Origin: a virus
Lineage: Duplodnaviria; Caudoviricetes
IMG/VR virus record: IMGVR_UViG_3300037400_002732
Span: 64,001 to 128,000 of that record
Strand: one strand, 5' to 3'
DNA: 64,000 bases
The position numbers were made by a program, and so were the translations under genes. A model generated the notes under the pieces. That model was not told where the DNA came from. It saw nothing but the letters and a program-made list of their open reading frames with translations, and ran no database searches. Positions 45,801 to 54,238 of the stretch are shown here, in pieces (the stretch's first letter is position 1; the number at the start of each line of letters is the position of its first letter).

Positions 45801-47485
45801 AGCGTATAGGCGACTTGCGAGCCAGCATGGGCATTTATGATGCGGTTGCCATCTTGATGGGCATCTTGAGAAATACGTTCGGCGTGTCATGCGTCGAGCT
45901 AGTCGAAACCATGCGCTCCAAGGATGACCAAGAACTGATGTGTTCTGGCGGCGGTGAAAGCACTTTCTTGTCATGGCACAACTATGGGTTGGCCGTCAAG
46001 ATTTTGATCAACGACCCTTCGACTGGAATGCCTATCGAGGACGGTTCGCCGCAGTTCTTGAAACTTATTGATGTTGCTGAAGGATTTACTAACGCTTGCT
46101 ACAACGGCGCGTTCGGTAAGCCGCTTAATGTCGTATGGTGTGGTCGTCTGAAACTTGGCGCGAATAACTTCGTGTGGGAATTCTTGCCCATTGGCGTAGG
46201 TCACAAGGATGCGATGAAATTCCGCGAAGCCCTTCTCAACCAGGAAGACCCGGTGAAAAGCGTTGGTTTCGTGAATGTAGATGCCGCTGGGTTGGTATAT
46301 CCAGCCAAGCCAGCAGATAAGGTGCCGTACATTTTGTCGTCAAGCTCGTCTTACAAGAATGCACTGATTATCAATGGGCAGCATTATGTAAGCCCAAGAA
46401 ACATCAGGAATTACAAGACTCCGCATGACCTCGTGCTTATGAATGTGATAGAATTCTGCAACTTGATCCGTACAAAGATGCAAGCCAATGGTTCGTCGCT
46501 GAATGCTCGCGGAAGCATGTATGAATGGAAGACTCTGAATGACCGTGCATACAAGCAGCTTTTGCTGTACTACGGATTGACCGGAAGCTTGACTGCGGCA
46601 AGGGCCCTCGTGTGTGGTGAATACGTGGAAACTTACAAGGATGCCATCGACCGCAAGTACACCGAAGACTTGGTGGAAATGGTTAAGGATGTTCTCGGAA
46701 ACCTTTATTCTGAAGCGAAGGTTTATGTCGAGGATGCCGCCGACGGCGGTGCATGGCTTACGTTGTCTGACGGTAAGTTGCATTTGAAGACAAGCGACAT
46801 CCGTCCAGTATATACCCAGAAGTCTAAGGACAACTTCTACGGCGAACGTATTGCTCCGCTGGAATGTACCGAACGCGGTCTGTATATTGACGGCGTATTC
46901 CGTAACGAGGAATGGCTGAAACTGAATGAAGCCGAACTAGCTAAGAAAGGATTTATGCTTGAAATGGTTAGCGACAAGAGCTTCATCGATGGGTTCAAGA
47001 ATGGTAAGGTGACTGGCGATGACGCGTTGCTGCTTCATTCTCTGGTGGCAACCCAGATCAAGGAAGAGTTCGACAAGTTGCGTGAACTGTTTGAAAATTA
47101 TGGTGGAAGCATTATGTATGACCATTTCGTCGATGGCCCGAATGCGTCCATGGCGGATATGGTCGAGAATGAGTTTGGCTTGATTTCCGGCCAAGACTTG
47201 ATAGATTTCGATAATCTTCGTGCGATTTTCGCCCAGAAGAACATCGAGGATAACGCTCGTCGTAATTCCGACGGAACCATTCAAGGTGCTGGTGGGGCAG
47301 AAAACGACATATTTGAAAAGGTCGTGTCCAATGCCGAACTGGCTGGCGTCCGCAAGGCAAGCTTGACCAAGGAACATATCAATGTCACGGTTACGCCGAA
47401 TACGATGACTACCGAAGAGCTGTACCGAGTCGTAATGCAAGGCAGTATGACTAGGGCGAACGACATGTTTAGTAAGAAGAAATAA
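42809..47485 (+). CDS. Large virion (tail/baseplate) protein with degenerate M15-type peptidase domain
   Basis: 1558 aa late gene; ETMRSKDDQ...SWHNYGLAVKI resembles the R...SxHxxGxAxD M15 motif with D replaced by K. Confidence 0.6.
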   Translation: MAGLFDFEHYYKEMNIKTDIKLDVSDIPMKSSATSSVMNEDGTIDEVNMNELVTNNVMYKIAVIYVNGAKIPTGSRIVLTTNSIEDDSAVTTVNTYYLAVGYPLDDLVSSGLYDIPETRSVLPNITLNVGETQLDNGVTLAGMKLCSNNESDTHGTDIASVTLQVIPRVRLENPDAKLDMTPYDPSYPNTDQNFWHEANYLNTVRALAGVGLMGSMYKGMKWYDSKAYKAAGVYGYDSFVKMVNNLSKVAKENNLGIKTCFYDRSYMDKVTYTNTMSKWAYLRATIRADWTRTDIKKNAKANAVYGSPVAAFESKCRSRSDDPLPNIIKDGSTALIPTVSDVFKKLYESKEDLAQEFTDQFFETYKSITSIKGVRRFMSSSLKRKLDSAKWALKKAGKGEPQYMLDLASCRNYLEYLDDQPAFTHPVDAVVSHPSNPTLYRNFTNCVRMISEWGFNVKVNTGATADLTKYFVGTYHGPDYNKDLYALHYDTMGEDGYADWQISSSKVKLSEVKQMLCDYYTGFYNAKFNHEEGSDLYVKWFYNPAGNSSEEKYRGTITYDDGTGTMVTKEFGIADYQEGKDGSFVQDPTNIRDAVIKGNTVILYTGTSRAYIDIMLRIISALYQSVESDRGLDYYEWVNFYTAYFSNDDYEISIVDWDSASTASDLINLSEFYPSYMTLDDMGQAEDYTINDSVYFAENVMEEALDEIDTILSVQGLLLGPTFLLIQKLRLRGANSEYAELQNVINRIKWYQIYTNESVFDNKTFIGTRLDYSYETCPYFYMPARFLIPVEMYRRVRIKYRRLFRTRHKTVKRSIGVRWCEVTFVDNDVYEAYPQNSDVPQQFYPIGRNAAVSTVGDTTTFTFDTPIEGDAADQIDVGDVTKFNEGSLLLVSMDGVEVPVKFNNAYKFTSDAVEGIGASVYVVGIYVPLENTAKSDERTKVRVEYKMPYIPYDSELRRWAFMNYGAFDQDKYASDTREVPADPDSKTPGWVIFKNSSKRIGDLRASMGIYDAVAILMGILRNTFGVSCVELVETMRSKDDQELMCSGGGESTFLSWHNYGLAVKILINDPSTGMPIEDGSPQFLKLIDVAEGFTNACYNGAFGKPLNVVWCGRLKLGANNFVWEFLPIGVGHKDAMKFREALLNQEDPVKSVGFVNVDAAGLVYPAKPADKVPYILSSSSSYKNALIINGQHYVSPRNIRNYKTPHDLVLMNVIEFCNLIRTKMQANGSSLNARGSMYEWKTLNDRAYKQLLLYYGLTGSLTAARALVCGEYVETYKDAIDRKYTEDLVEMVKDVLGNLYSEAKVYVEDAADGGAWLTLSDGKLHLKTSDIRPVYTQKSKDNFYGERIAPLECTERGLYIDGVFRNEEWLKLNEAELAKKGFMLEMVSDKSFIDGFKNGKVTGDDALLLHSLVATQIKEEFDKLRELFENYGGSIMYDHFVDGPNASMADMVENEFGLISGQDLIDFDNLRAIFAQKNIEDNARRNSDGTIQGAGGAENDIFEKVVSNAELAGVRKASLTKEHINVTVTPNTMTTEELYRVVMQGSMTRANDMFSKKK

Positions 47486-47491
47486 AGGAAT

Positions 47492-47500
47492 TGATAAACT
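47492..47500 (+). promoter_or_regulatory. Putative late promoter TGATAAACT
   Basis: Intergenic, 23 bp before ATG 47524. Confidence 0.8.
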
Positions 47501-47523
47501 GCGTACAAAGCTATTGGGTAGTT

Positions 47524-49089
47524 ATGTCCGCACGTTTACTAATTAAAAAGTACACCGGAAAGGATGGCGACTTCGGTACGCCAGTTTCGTCTATTGGATT
47601 GAAGCGAGTTGACACTTGCGTTCCTTCGGTTTACAGCTCGGCTGCCTTGGAAGGCACTGGGCATACGGTTCCAGCGGACGACGCTTCTGAAGCCAATGCT
47701 TATTGTATTTATCGTCCAGACAATCCAGAGTGCTACTCGTACTCGATGGAAAGCGTTTTCAAGATCCATCTTGTGAAAGCTCCAGATGTCCAGCTTAGCA
47801 ACATTAGACTCTATCCAGTCGGAGAAAGGCCCACTTCACCTACTGCCGCAAAACTTTACATAGGCAACTCTATTTCTTATAGCCGCCCAACAGACCAGAA
47901 ATCTCAAATTGCACTCAATGACATCTGGAACTATTCCAAGGAACATCCATTCTACTTGACAGTCGCCGGACTGTTCGGACAAGTGCCAGACCCGCGTCTG
48001 AGCAAGACCGAATACAACGTAGACTATAAGGACTGTGGCTTTGGAAACTTGATTTATATTGACGGCGATCGTCAACCGACTCTAACGGTCGCAACTCGCA
48101 CGAACGATGATACTGTGGTGTACGAGTTCAAGAACCAGTCGTTCACCAAGGGAAAATACGAACACTCCTTTATTGAATTTGTTAAGGTTGACCCGACAAA
48201 ACCGACGTTTGAAGGAACCGCGAATGTCCTTGGATGGCCGTATGTCTATAATCCGACCGATTCTGAAGGAAACCTTGATTACGACACGGTTTGCTTGGTA
48301 GTGAAAGACAAGGCGCAAGGCATTGACTTGATTAAGGAATGTCCGGCTGGCCTCATTTACAAGCGTCCTACGGATGCTAAGGGTTATCACTTCGGAACTG
48401 GCGGCGCAATCCAGACGGTTTATCTCTACAACGGAAAGCCGGGTACTTATGGAGAGGCTAATCCAGCTTATGTTCCTACCGAATGGCATAAGACATTGAT
48501 TAACGAAAGTACTGGCGCAGTCACTACCGAGCCAGCAGCTTCTCCGTTCATCGGAACTGATCCGAAGACTGGTAAGCCTCTGTTCCAGTTTGACGTTTGT
48601 GTGGAGAATGACAACTTTGGCCACAGTGGATATGTCATGAATGGCGTACGCCGTCCTATGCTGACGTTCGACCTTAATGCGGTTTACGCATTCCGTAACC
48701 GTTCTGGCGCAGCGTTCCCATTGAGATTCATTGGCAATCCGTTCTCTCCTATAGCCAACTTCATCGACGACGTTGTTGTAGACGGCGTTACCGTCGTGGA
48801 CGGTGCGACCGACAACGAACTTATTTACGTCGATCCGGAGAAAGTATTCAAGGCTGGAAAGAAGATTAACGCATATCAGTGCGTGACGGCACCGGAATTG
48901 GGCAGCTTTGTCCATAATGCGCCGCTTTGCATGTGTGGAAACTACAACTTGTGCCGTGTAGACGGAGGCATTTACAACCCATTAAAGGCTGGCGAGACTG
49001 ACTATGTGTACTTGCAGCTAGAGGTTAGTGGCCAATCAGATCCAGGTTACAGCGTACCGGATATCGAAATCGAGTACGACGAAAATTAG
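47524..49089 (+). CDS. Putative structural protein (beta-rich, about 521 aa)
   Basis: Late motif upstream; ATG 47524 preferred because the TTG at 47491 overlaps the promoter. Confidence 0.75.
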   Translation: MSARLLIKKYTGKDGDFGTPVSSIGLKRVDTCVPSVYSSAALEGTGHTVPADDASEANAYCIYRPDNPECYSYSMESVFKIHLVKAPDVQLSNIRLYPVGERPTSPTAAKLYIGNSISYSRPTDQKSQIALNDIWNYSKEHPFYLTVAGLFGQVPDPRLSKTEYNVDYKDCGFGNLIYIDGDRQPTLTVATRTNDDTVVYEFKNQSFTKGKYEHSFIEFVKVDPTKPTFEGTANVLGWPYVYNPTDSEGNLDYDTVCLVVKDKAQGIDLIKECPAGLIYKRPTDAKGYHFGTGGAIQTVYLYNGKPGTYGEANPAYVPTEWHKTLINESTGAVTTEPAASPFIGTDPKTGKPLFQFDVCVENDNFGHSGYVMNGVRRPMLTFDLNAVYAFRNRSGAAFPLRFIGNPFSPIANFIDDVVVDGVTVVDGATDNELIYVDPEKVFKAGKKINAYQCVTAPELGSFVHNAPLCMCGNYNLCRVDGGIYNPLKAGETDYVYLQLEVSGQSDPGYSVPDIEIEYDEN

Positions 49090-49103
49090 AAAATGTGACC
49101 AAT

Positions 49104-49112
49104 ATATAAACT
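49104..49112 (+). promoter_or_regulatory. Putative late promoter ATATAAACT
   Basis: Intergenic ATAAACT core. Confidence 0.7.
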
Positions 49113-49158
49113 ATTCGAAAATTCGAGCCATACTGGCTTCATGATAAGGACTTACAAT

Positions 49159-50997
49159 ATGCAGACGCAGACAGAAACTATCCAACAGAAGGCTATGAAG
49201 GACATCTTCGCTTTGGACGAAGGTGTTAGCCTGTGTGAATCTTTCGGTAGCCAGCTTGACTTGGGCTTGCCGGATGCCGAAGATGATACTCCAAAGGACT
49301 TCAATGACATGCTCGAAGTCAATCCGAGTAATGAACCCATGGAATACGGTGAAAATTTCATGAGTGAAGGCGATGACATGGCCGACAAGCAGACACAGCA
49401 GTTTGTTGTGGACGAGTTTGCTAAGCAAGCTGCAGAACTTCCGGACGGAAGCATTAGTGCAGCTGACATTACTGGCATTTCCTCAATTATTCAGATGAAC
49501 AACCATATTACTGGTGACATCCGTTCCTTCATTGACCAGACTATCAAGCATGCAGTTCAGGCTCAACAGCAGCAGAACGTTTCTGATGCTCAGCCGAATG
49601 GTACTGTTGCTCAAGACATTGCCAAGACTGGCGATGAAACTGCCGACGCTGGCCTTGGTGCTGACGCTGGCTTGGGCGCAGAAGGTGGAATTCCGGCTAT
49701 GGAACCGATCGATCCGACGGCTGCTCCGGCTCTTGATGCCAAACCGGACGCTGGCCTTGGCGGCGACCTCGGTGGCGATGTAGGCGATCCGCTCGCCGAC
49801 ATGAACGGCATTGGCGATGACCTTAACGGCGTTGGCGATGACCTCGGCGGTGACCTCGGTGGAACTGACGACGGCCTTGGTGGCGACCTCGGTGGTGCCG
49901 ACACTGCTGGTGATGACCTCGGTGCTGGTCTTGACAGCATTAACGCTGATCTCGACGCTGAAGCTGGTGCTGATGCTGGTACTGATGCTGGTACTGACGC
50001 CGGTGCTGACGCTGGTACTGAACCAGCCGCAGACTCTGGCAGCACTGGTGGCGACGAACTTGACAACTTCCTCGACGCCGATGACGGTGCTGACGATGGT
50101 GCCAAGGATGCTGACACTGGTGACGACAAGGGTGCCGAAAAGGGTGACGACAAGGGTGCCGAAGGAACTGACGACAAGAAGTCTGAAGACGATGACGATT
50201 CCGACTTCAACTTCGAAGCCATTGCAACTAAGGCTCGTGGCCTTGTTGAAGGCAATGAAGCTCCGGTTACTAACACTGAAGTTCCGGCTGACGACGCTTC
50301 TACAGATGCTGGCGTACAAGCTGGCGGCGATACTGCTACTACTGACCTCGGCGATGCTGCTACCGATACACCGGCTGACCCGGCTGCTACGGATACTCCA
50401 GCAGATGAATGCGCTGACAAAGCAAGCAAGTTCGAAGCTCAGATTGAATCCATCGTATCTCAGACAAAGATGAAGATGGCTGCACAGAGGGCTCGCGCCG
50501 TTCTCGAATCCTTCCATAAGGAACGTGAACGCACCAATACTCTTGCCAAACTCGAAAGTATTGTTTCGAATCTGAAGAAGACTGCGAAGACTGAATCTAT
50601 CGTGTCTAACTTCGCCAAGGAATCCAAGAAGCAAGCTGCTCTCGAAGCCATGGCAGACAAGGTGTTGGCTAAGCCAGTACCCCAGCCGACTTTTGAATCC
50701 GTGATGAGCGCGATTGACTCCACTCTCGCCAAGAAGCCGACGATGAGCGTGTCTGCCGAAGCAGACAAGATCATCGCTCAGTTCGAAGCTCAGCATGGTG
50801 TAAAGAAGGCTCCGGTAGAAGACCCGCGTCTTAAGAAAATCAACAGTGTGCTTGAATGCGCTGCAGCTAAGGCAAAATCCGAAGAAAAGCTTTCTGAAGA
50901 CTTGACTAGTCTTCTTGAAAGTGCGCAGAATGCAAAGGCTACCTCTGACCTTGACAAGCAACTCATGGCACTTGTAGCTCAAGTAAAGAACGCTTAA
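49159..50997 (+). CDS. Acidic Gly/Asp-rich protein, possible prohead core/internal protein
   Basis: GGDLG/DAG low-complexity centre; many hydrophobic-x-E/ES motifs (VLES, KLES, TFES, LLES); AAGGA RBS favours ATG 49159 over 49141. Confidence 0.7.
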   Translation: MQTQTETIQQKAMKDIFALDEGVSLCESFGSQLDLGLPDAEDDTPKDFNDMLEVNPSNEPMEYGENFMSEGDDMADKQTQQFVVDEFAKQAAELPDGSISAADITGISSIIQMNNHITGDIRSFIDQTIKHAVQAQQQQNVSDAQPNGTVAQDIAKTGDETADAGLGADAGLGAEGGIPAMEPIDPTAAPALDAKPDAGLGGDLGGDVGDPLADMNGIGDDLNGVGDDLGGDLGGTDDGLGGDLGGADTAGDDLGAGLDSINADLDAEAGADAGTDAGTDAGADAGTEPAADSGSTGGDELDNFLDADDGADDGAKDADTGDDKGAEKGDDKGAEGTDDKKSEDDDDSDFNFEAIATKARGLVEGNEAPVTNTEVPADDASTDAGVQAGGDTATTDLGDAATDTPADPAATDTPADECADKASKFEAQIESIVSQTKMKMAAQRARAVLESFHKERERTNTLAKLESIVSNLKKTAKTESIVSNFAKESKKQAALEAMADKVLAKPVPQPTFESVMSAIDSTLAKKPTMSVSAEADKIIAQFEAQHGVKKAPVEDPRLKKINSVLECAAAKAKSEEKLSEDLTSLLESAQNAKATSDLDKQLMALVAQVKNA

Positions 50998-51017
50998 ACT
51001 TCATATTGTTCTCCTGG

Positions 51018-51049
51018 GAGGCCGTCGCGAAAGCGGCGGCTTCTTTTTT
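51018..51049 (+). terminator. Intrinsic terminator
   Basis: GAGGCCGTCGC-GAAA-GCGGCGGCTTC-TTTTTT. Confidence 0.88.
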
Positions 51050-51079
51050 GTCCTTTTAGGATAATTTAGGTATTGGAAC

Positions 51080-51088
51080 TGATAAACT
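51080..51088 (+). promoter_or_regulatory. Putative late promoter TGATAAACT
   Basis: Intergenic copy immediately after a terminator. Confidence 0.78.
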
Positions 51089-51097
51089 GCATGCATC

Positions 51098-53266
51098 ATG
51101 AATAATGGCCACTTTGCAGGACGAATAAAGAAGTTTGTTGAGGATGCAGTCAGCAAAGCTAAAGGAACCGAGGGCGAATTATACAAGATAATGAACGCTC
51201 ACGGCTTTTATGATGTTGCTGATGAAAACAACGGACTTACCGACTGGCAACGCGCAAGCGTACCCAGCTACAACCAGAATAGGATTTCTGAGTTGTGTAA
51301 TGCCATTGCCGAAATGTTCGGTCACATGCTTGCCAATGACGAATACGGAATTCTTTATCCAAATGTTGACGATGTTGTCGGAAAGCTAGACTTGAATGCG
51401 ACGAAGACGGCATCCGAAATGAACGTGATTGGCGGAGCATTAGGAGCCCTAACGTTTGGTGCGTCCGAAACTGCACGACAGTCGATGGGTCAGCTTACCG
51501 CTATCCTCATGGGCGGTTTCGCGTTTGACCCAGACATTCTTCCGCCGATCGCACTGAATTTGCCGGGACTTCCACTTACTCTAGCTAATGCGTATAAGCC
51601 GGGTTCGTACCCAGCCGACTGGACGTTTCTCTACGATCACGAAACGGTAAAGTCGAAGAATTATTATGAGGCGGATGATGGCGGAATCGCTATCGGAGCG
51701 AATATCAAGCTCAATTTAGGCCCATCAAGGCAGCAGATTCTGAAGCTGGTGTTCTCCGTTCCGGATGTTGACGAGAACGGTATGCCAAAGGGTGACGCGG
51801 TTGGTGGACTTTCGCCAGACCAGTTCAACAAGATGTTTACGCTGTCCGACAAGAAGTATAGCGAACTAACCGACGCTGACAAGGAATTTGAACTCGATTC
51901 AGACCAGATGCAGCTTGCGTTCTTCCGTTATATTCAACTGACACTGTGGGGAGCCATTAAGAATCCGGACAACTGGGCCTACTTGCACTGGGGTTCGATT
52001 ACGCACAACTCGTGCCCATGCGCCGTGAAGACGGCAATTTGTAGCTTCATTCATACCAACGGTTTTGCCGTAGATCCGAAAATTTGTCCGGAAGCTGGGT
52101 TCATTTCATACTGCATTTCTACTGGCATGTCATACTACACTGGCCGAACAAAGCCGACGCACATGTATGTGTTCGAAGGCATGTCCTATCTTGATGACAA
52201 GGGAAATAAGGTTGTCGCCGACAAGACAATCGGCTGGTCTAGCAATAACCAAGGTGTTCCGGTCGATAAAAAGCTGGCCAATTTACACTTTACGTTGGCG
52301 GCAGACTTGCTGTCTCATTTGACCTATGACACGAATCCGAACAAGGTTGCTCTCCGTAAGCAGCGTGTCGATGAAGCGAACTTGATTTACTCGTTCGTTG
52401 GGCTTCCTACTATGAAGTTCGGCGACGCAGTCATTCCGCCGGAATTGTCGGCGAACGCGATGGAAAAACGTGGCTTCCTCGAATTGATGAAGGCTACGAT
52501 CAAGGTTTACGACAACAAGAACTCTACGCTTCCGCTATCCGATGAAAACTTCAAGATTGTCAATCAAGCCGAAAAGGGAGCCAACCAGCTCTCGGAATTG
52601 ACGGTAAGGACAATCAAGTATATTCTGTCCAAGGCTGGACTCCAAGGAATCGTGGTTACTTCCGTGTACCGTTCTCCGGAGGCGCAAGCCAAGGCTATGT
52701 TTAATAACAGACAAAGTCACAACGGCGCGATTGCCGTTAACTATGCCGAAAAAGGCCGTTCTGTTGATGCTGAATATACGAAAGTGTCCGAAAGGGTAAA
52801 TGGTGCTGGTAACGGATGCAGAGTTCCTATTAAGGATCCGGCTGCCCAAGCGCAAGCGATCAAGAACATGCAAGCTAAGTGCCAAGAATATTTGGAAAAG
52901 GGTACTCCGGTATCTAATCACGGTTATGACCAGAGCAAGGTGCAAGCTGTCGATATGGGCCCCAAGAGCTCAAAGGCGTTTTTCAAGTACACCGATGACC
53001 AGATGAGAAAGTTCAATACGGCTTGCTGGGATGCATACCAAGAAGGCTACTTGAAAATCTATTTGGGCCCAGTTGAATATGGCGGCCCGAAGGTCAAGGA
53101 TCCGGCGTTCCATATAGAAGTGTGGCAAGACGACAACCATAAGCACCCAAGCGGATTCGGCTCTACGCCAGCCCCGCCTAGCATTGACTGCATGGTGCTT
53201 GACGAAAATTTGAAGAACAAGAATACATGGGATCTGGTTTACGTTCATGACCAGACGATCTCGTAG
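51098..53266 (+). CDS. Peptidoglycan hydrolase: lysozyme-like central domain plus C-terminal M15 Zn peptidase
   Basis: HE...YYEADDGGIAIG, TAICSFIHTNG and RKQRVDEANL (GH24/pesticin-like); VTSVYRSPEAQ...SNH...AVDM...FHIE (M15). Confidence 0.7.
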   Translation: MNNGHFAGRIKKFVEDAVSKAKGTEGELYKIMNAHGFYDVADENNGLTDWQRASVPSYNQNRISELCNAIAEMFGHMLANDEYGILYPNVDDVVGKLDLNATKTASEMNVIGGALGALTFGASETARQSMGQLTAILMGGFAFDPDILPPIALNLPGLPLTLANAYKPGSYPADWTFLYDHETVKSKNYYEADDGGIAIGANIKLNLGPSRQQILKLVFSVPDVDENGMPKGDAVGGLSPDQFNKMFTLSDKKYSELTDADKEFELDSDQMQLAFFRYIQLTLWGAIKNPDNWAYLHWGSITHNSCPCAVKTAICSFIHTNGFAVDPKICPEAGFISYCISTGMSYYTGRTKPTHMYVFEGMSYLDDKGNKVVADKTIGWSSNNQGVPVDKKLANLHFTLAADLLSHLTYDTNPNKVALRKQRVDEANLIYSFVGLPTMKFGDAVIPPELSANAMEKRGFLELMKATIKVYDNKNSTLPLSDENFKIVNQAEKGANQLSELTVRTIKYILSKAGLQGIVVTSVYRSPEAQAKAMFNNRQSHNGAIAVNYAEKGRSVDAEYTKVSERVNGAGNGCRVPIKDPAAQAQAIKNMQAKCQEYLEKGTPVSNHGYDQSKVQAVDMGPKSSKAFFKYTDDQMRKFNTACWDAYQEGYLKIYLGPVEYGGPKVKDPAFHIEVWQDDNHKHPSGFGSTPAPPSIDCMVLDENLKNKNTWDLVYVHDQTIS

Positions 53267-53274
53267 GAGTAAGT

Positions 53275-54036
53275 ATGGCTGAATTGTACAAGAAGGAAAA
53301 GCAAGGATTTGACCAGATGGTCTATGCATACTTGGTAAAGCGTCTTCGTGAACCTATCGAGGACACCGATGCGTTCGGTACTGGCATCGTTGATGAACGC
53401 GGCGCGGAAAATCCGCAAGCCGCTAGTAACCCCAATGCATCGTGGGCGTACACCGACCTCGACAAGCTAGTGTTATTGCTGAAGTCCACCTTGGGTGACC
53501 AAGTGAATACCTTGCCCAATGTGTTTGACGGATTCGATTCCATGTTGCTGATGCGTCCGACCCAGCTGGCTGAAAATCTTCCGGTTTATCGAAAGGTAAT
53601 CGGTCTGGTTGAGGAAATTTCTTACTTGCCGCCAGAGAACCGTGGCGAGGGAAAGATGCAGCCTCAAGCAGAGGAAGATGGCATGACCATGGAAATGAGG
53701 ATGCAACGAGCATTCACTTGTGCATCGTTCTTGATGAGCTGCATCATCAACGGTGGCACGGTCAAGAGCGAAAACTTGATGAATTTCGACGAAGACGTGC
53801 TGGGCATTACCGAAGGTACGTTCGGAATCCGTGGGCTCGGTACATACAAGGACATCGTTGACTATCTGAAGGCCGGAAAGGTTATTGACTATGCTCATGT
53901 GAACCCAGAAGGCTACTTGCTTGCTGTCCGTATTGCGAAAGCTCTTGTGCCAGCAAACGATACGATTTTCATGGACAAGGAACTTGTCGGCAACGAATTT
54001 AGGTCGTGGAGGACTTTGGCGACGTATGAAAGATAA
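53275..54036 (+). CDS. Hypothetical protein resembling a conserved T4-like phage family
   Basis: AGGAG RBS; LVKRLREP...AFGTGIVDERG...AYTDLDKLV pattern recalled from T4-like phages near head genes. Confidence 0.7.
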   Translation: MAELYKKEKQGFDQMVYAYLVKRLREPIEDTDAFGTGIVDERGAENPQAASNPNASWAYTDLDKLVLLLKSTLGDQVNTLPNVFDGFDSMLLMRPTQLAENLPVYRKVIGLVEEISYLPPENRGEGKMQPQAEEDGMTMEMRMQRAFTCASFLMSCIINGGTVKSENLMNFDEDVLGITEGTFGIRGLGTYKDIVDYLKAGKVIDYAHVNPEGYLLAVRIAKALVPANDTIFMDKELVGNEFRSWRTLATYER

Positions 54037-54235
54037 GCAGCAAATGTTCAACGGCAAGCCTTGTTTCAAGGTAGATGCCGATGATTTCATGTACATAGCC
54101 GCATGCGCGACTATGGGTAAGCGTTTGTTGTCCAAGAACATCAAGAACGATGAACTCAGGGAGTACTATGTGAACAGCAGAGTGCCTGAGTTTGCTGTCG
54201 ATTACGATGGTGTAATTTTAACGTGGTATAGGTAA
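54026..54235 (+). CDS. Small hypothetical protein (69 aa)
   Basis: ATG 54026 with GGAGG upstream; fills the gap before the portal gene. Confidence 0.65.
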   Translation: MKDKQQMFNGKPCFKVDADDFMYIAACATMGKRLLSKNIKNDELREYYVNSRVPEFAVDYDGVILTWYR

Positions 54236-54238
54236 GAT

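Noticed and set aside
47487-47500. TnpB guide targeting other late promoters in the genome (self-targeting or repression)
   Set aside because: The best match seen is TAM plus only 5 nt (CAATT), and the RuvC residues are intact, so there is no support for a repressor role.
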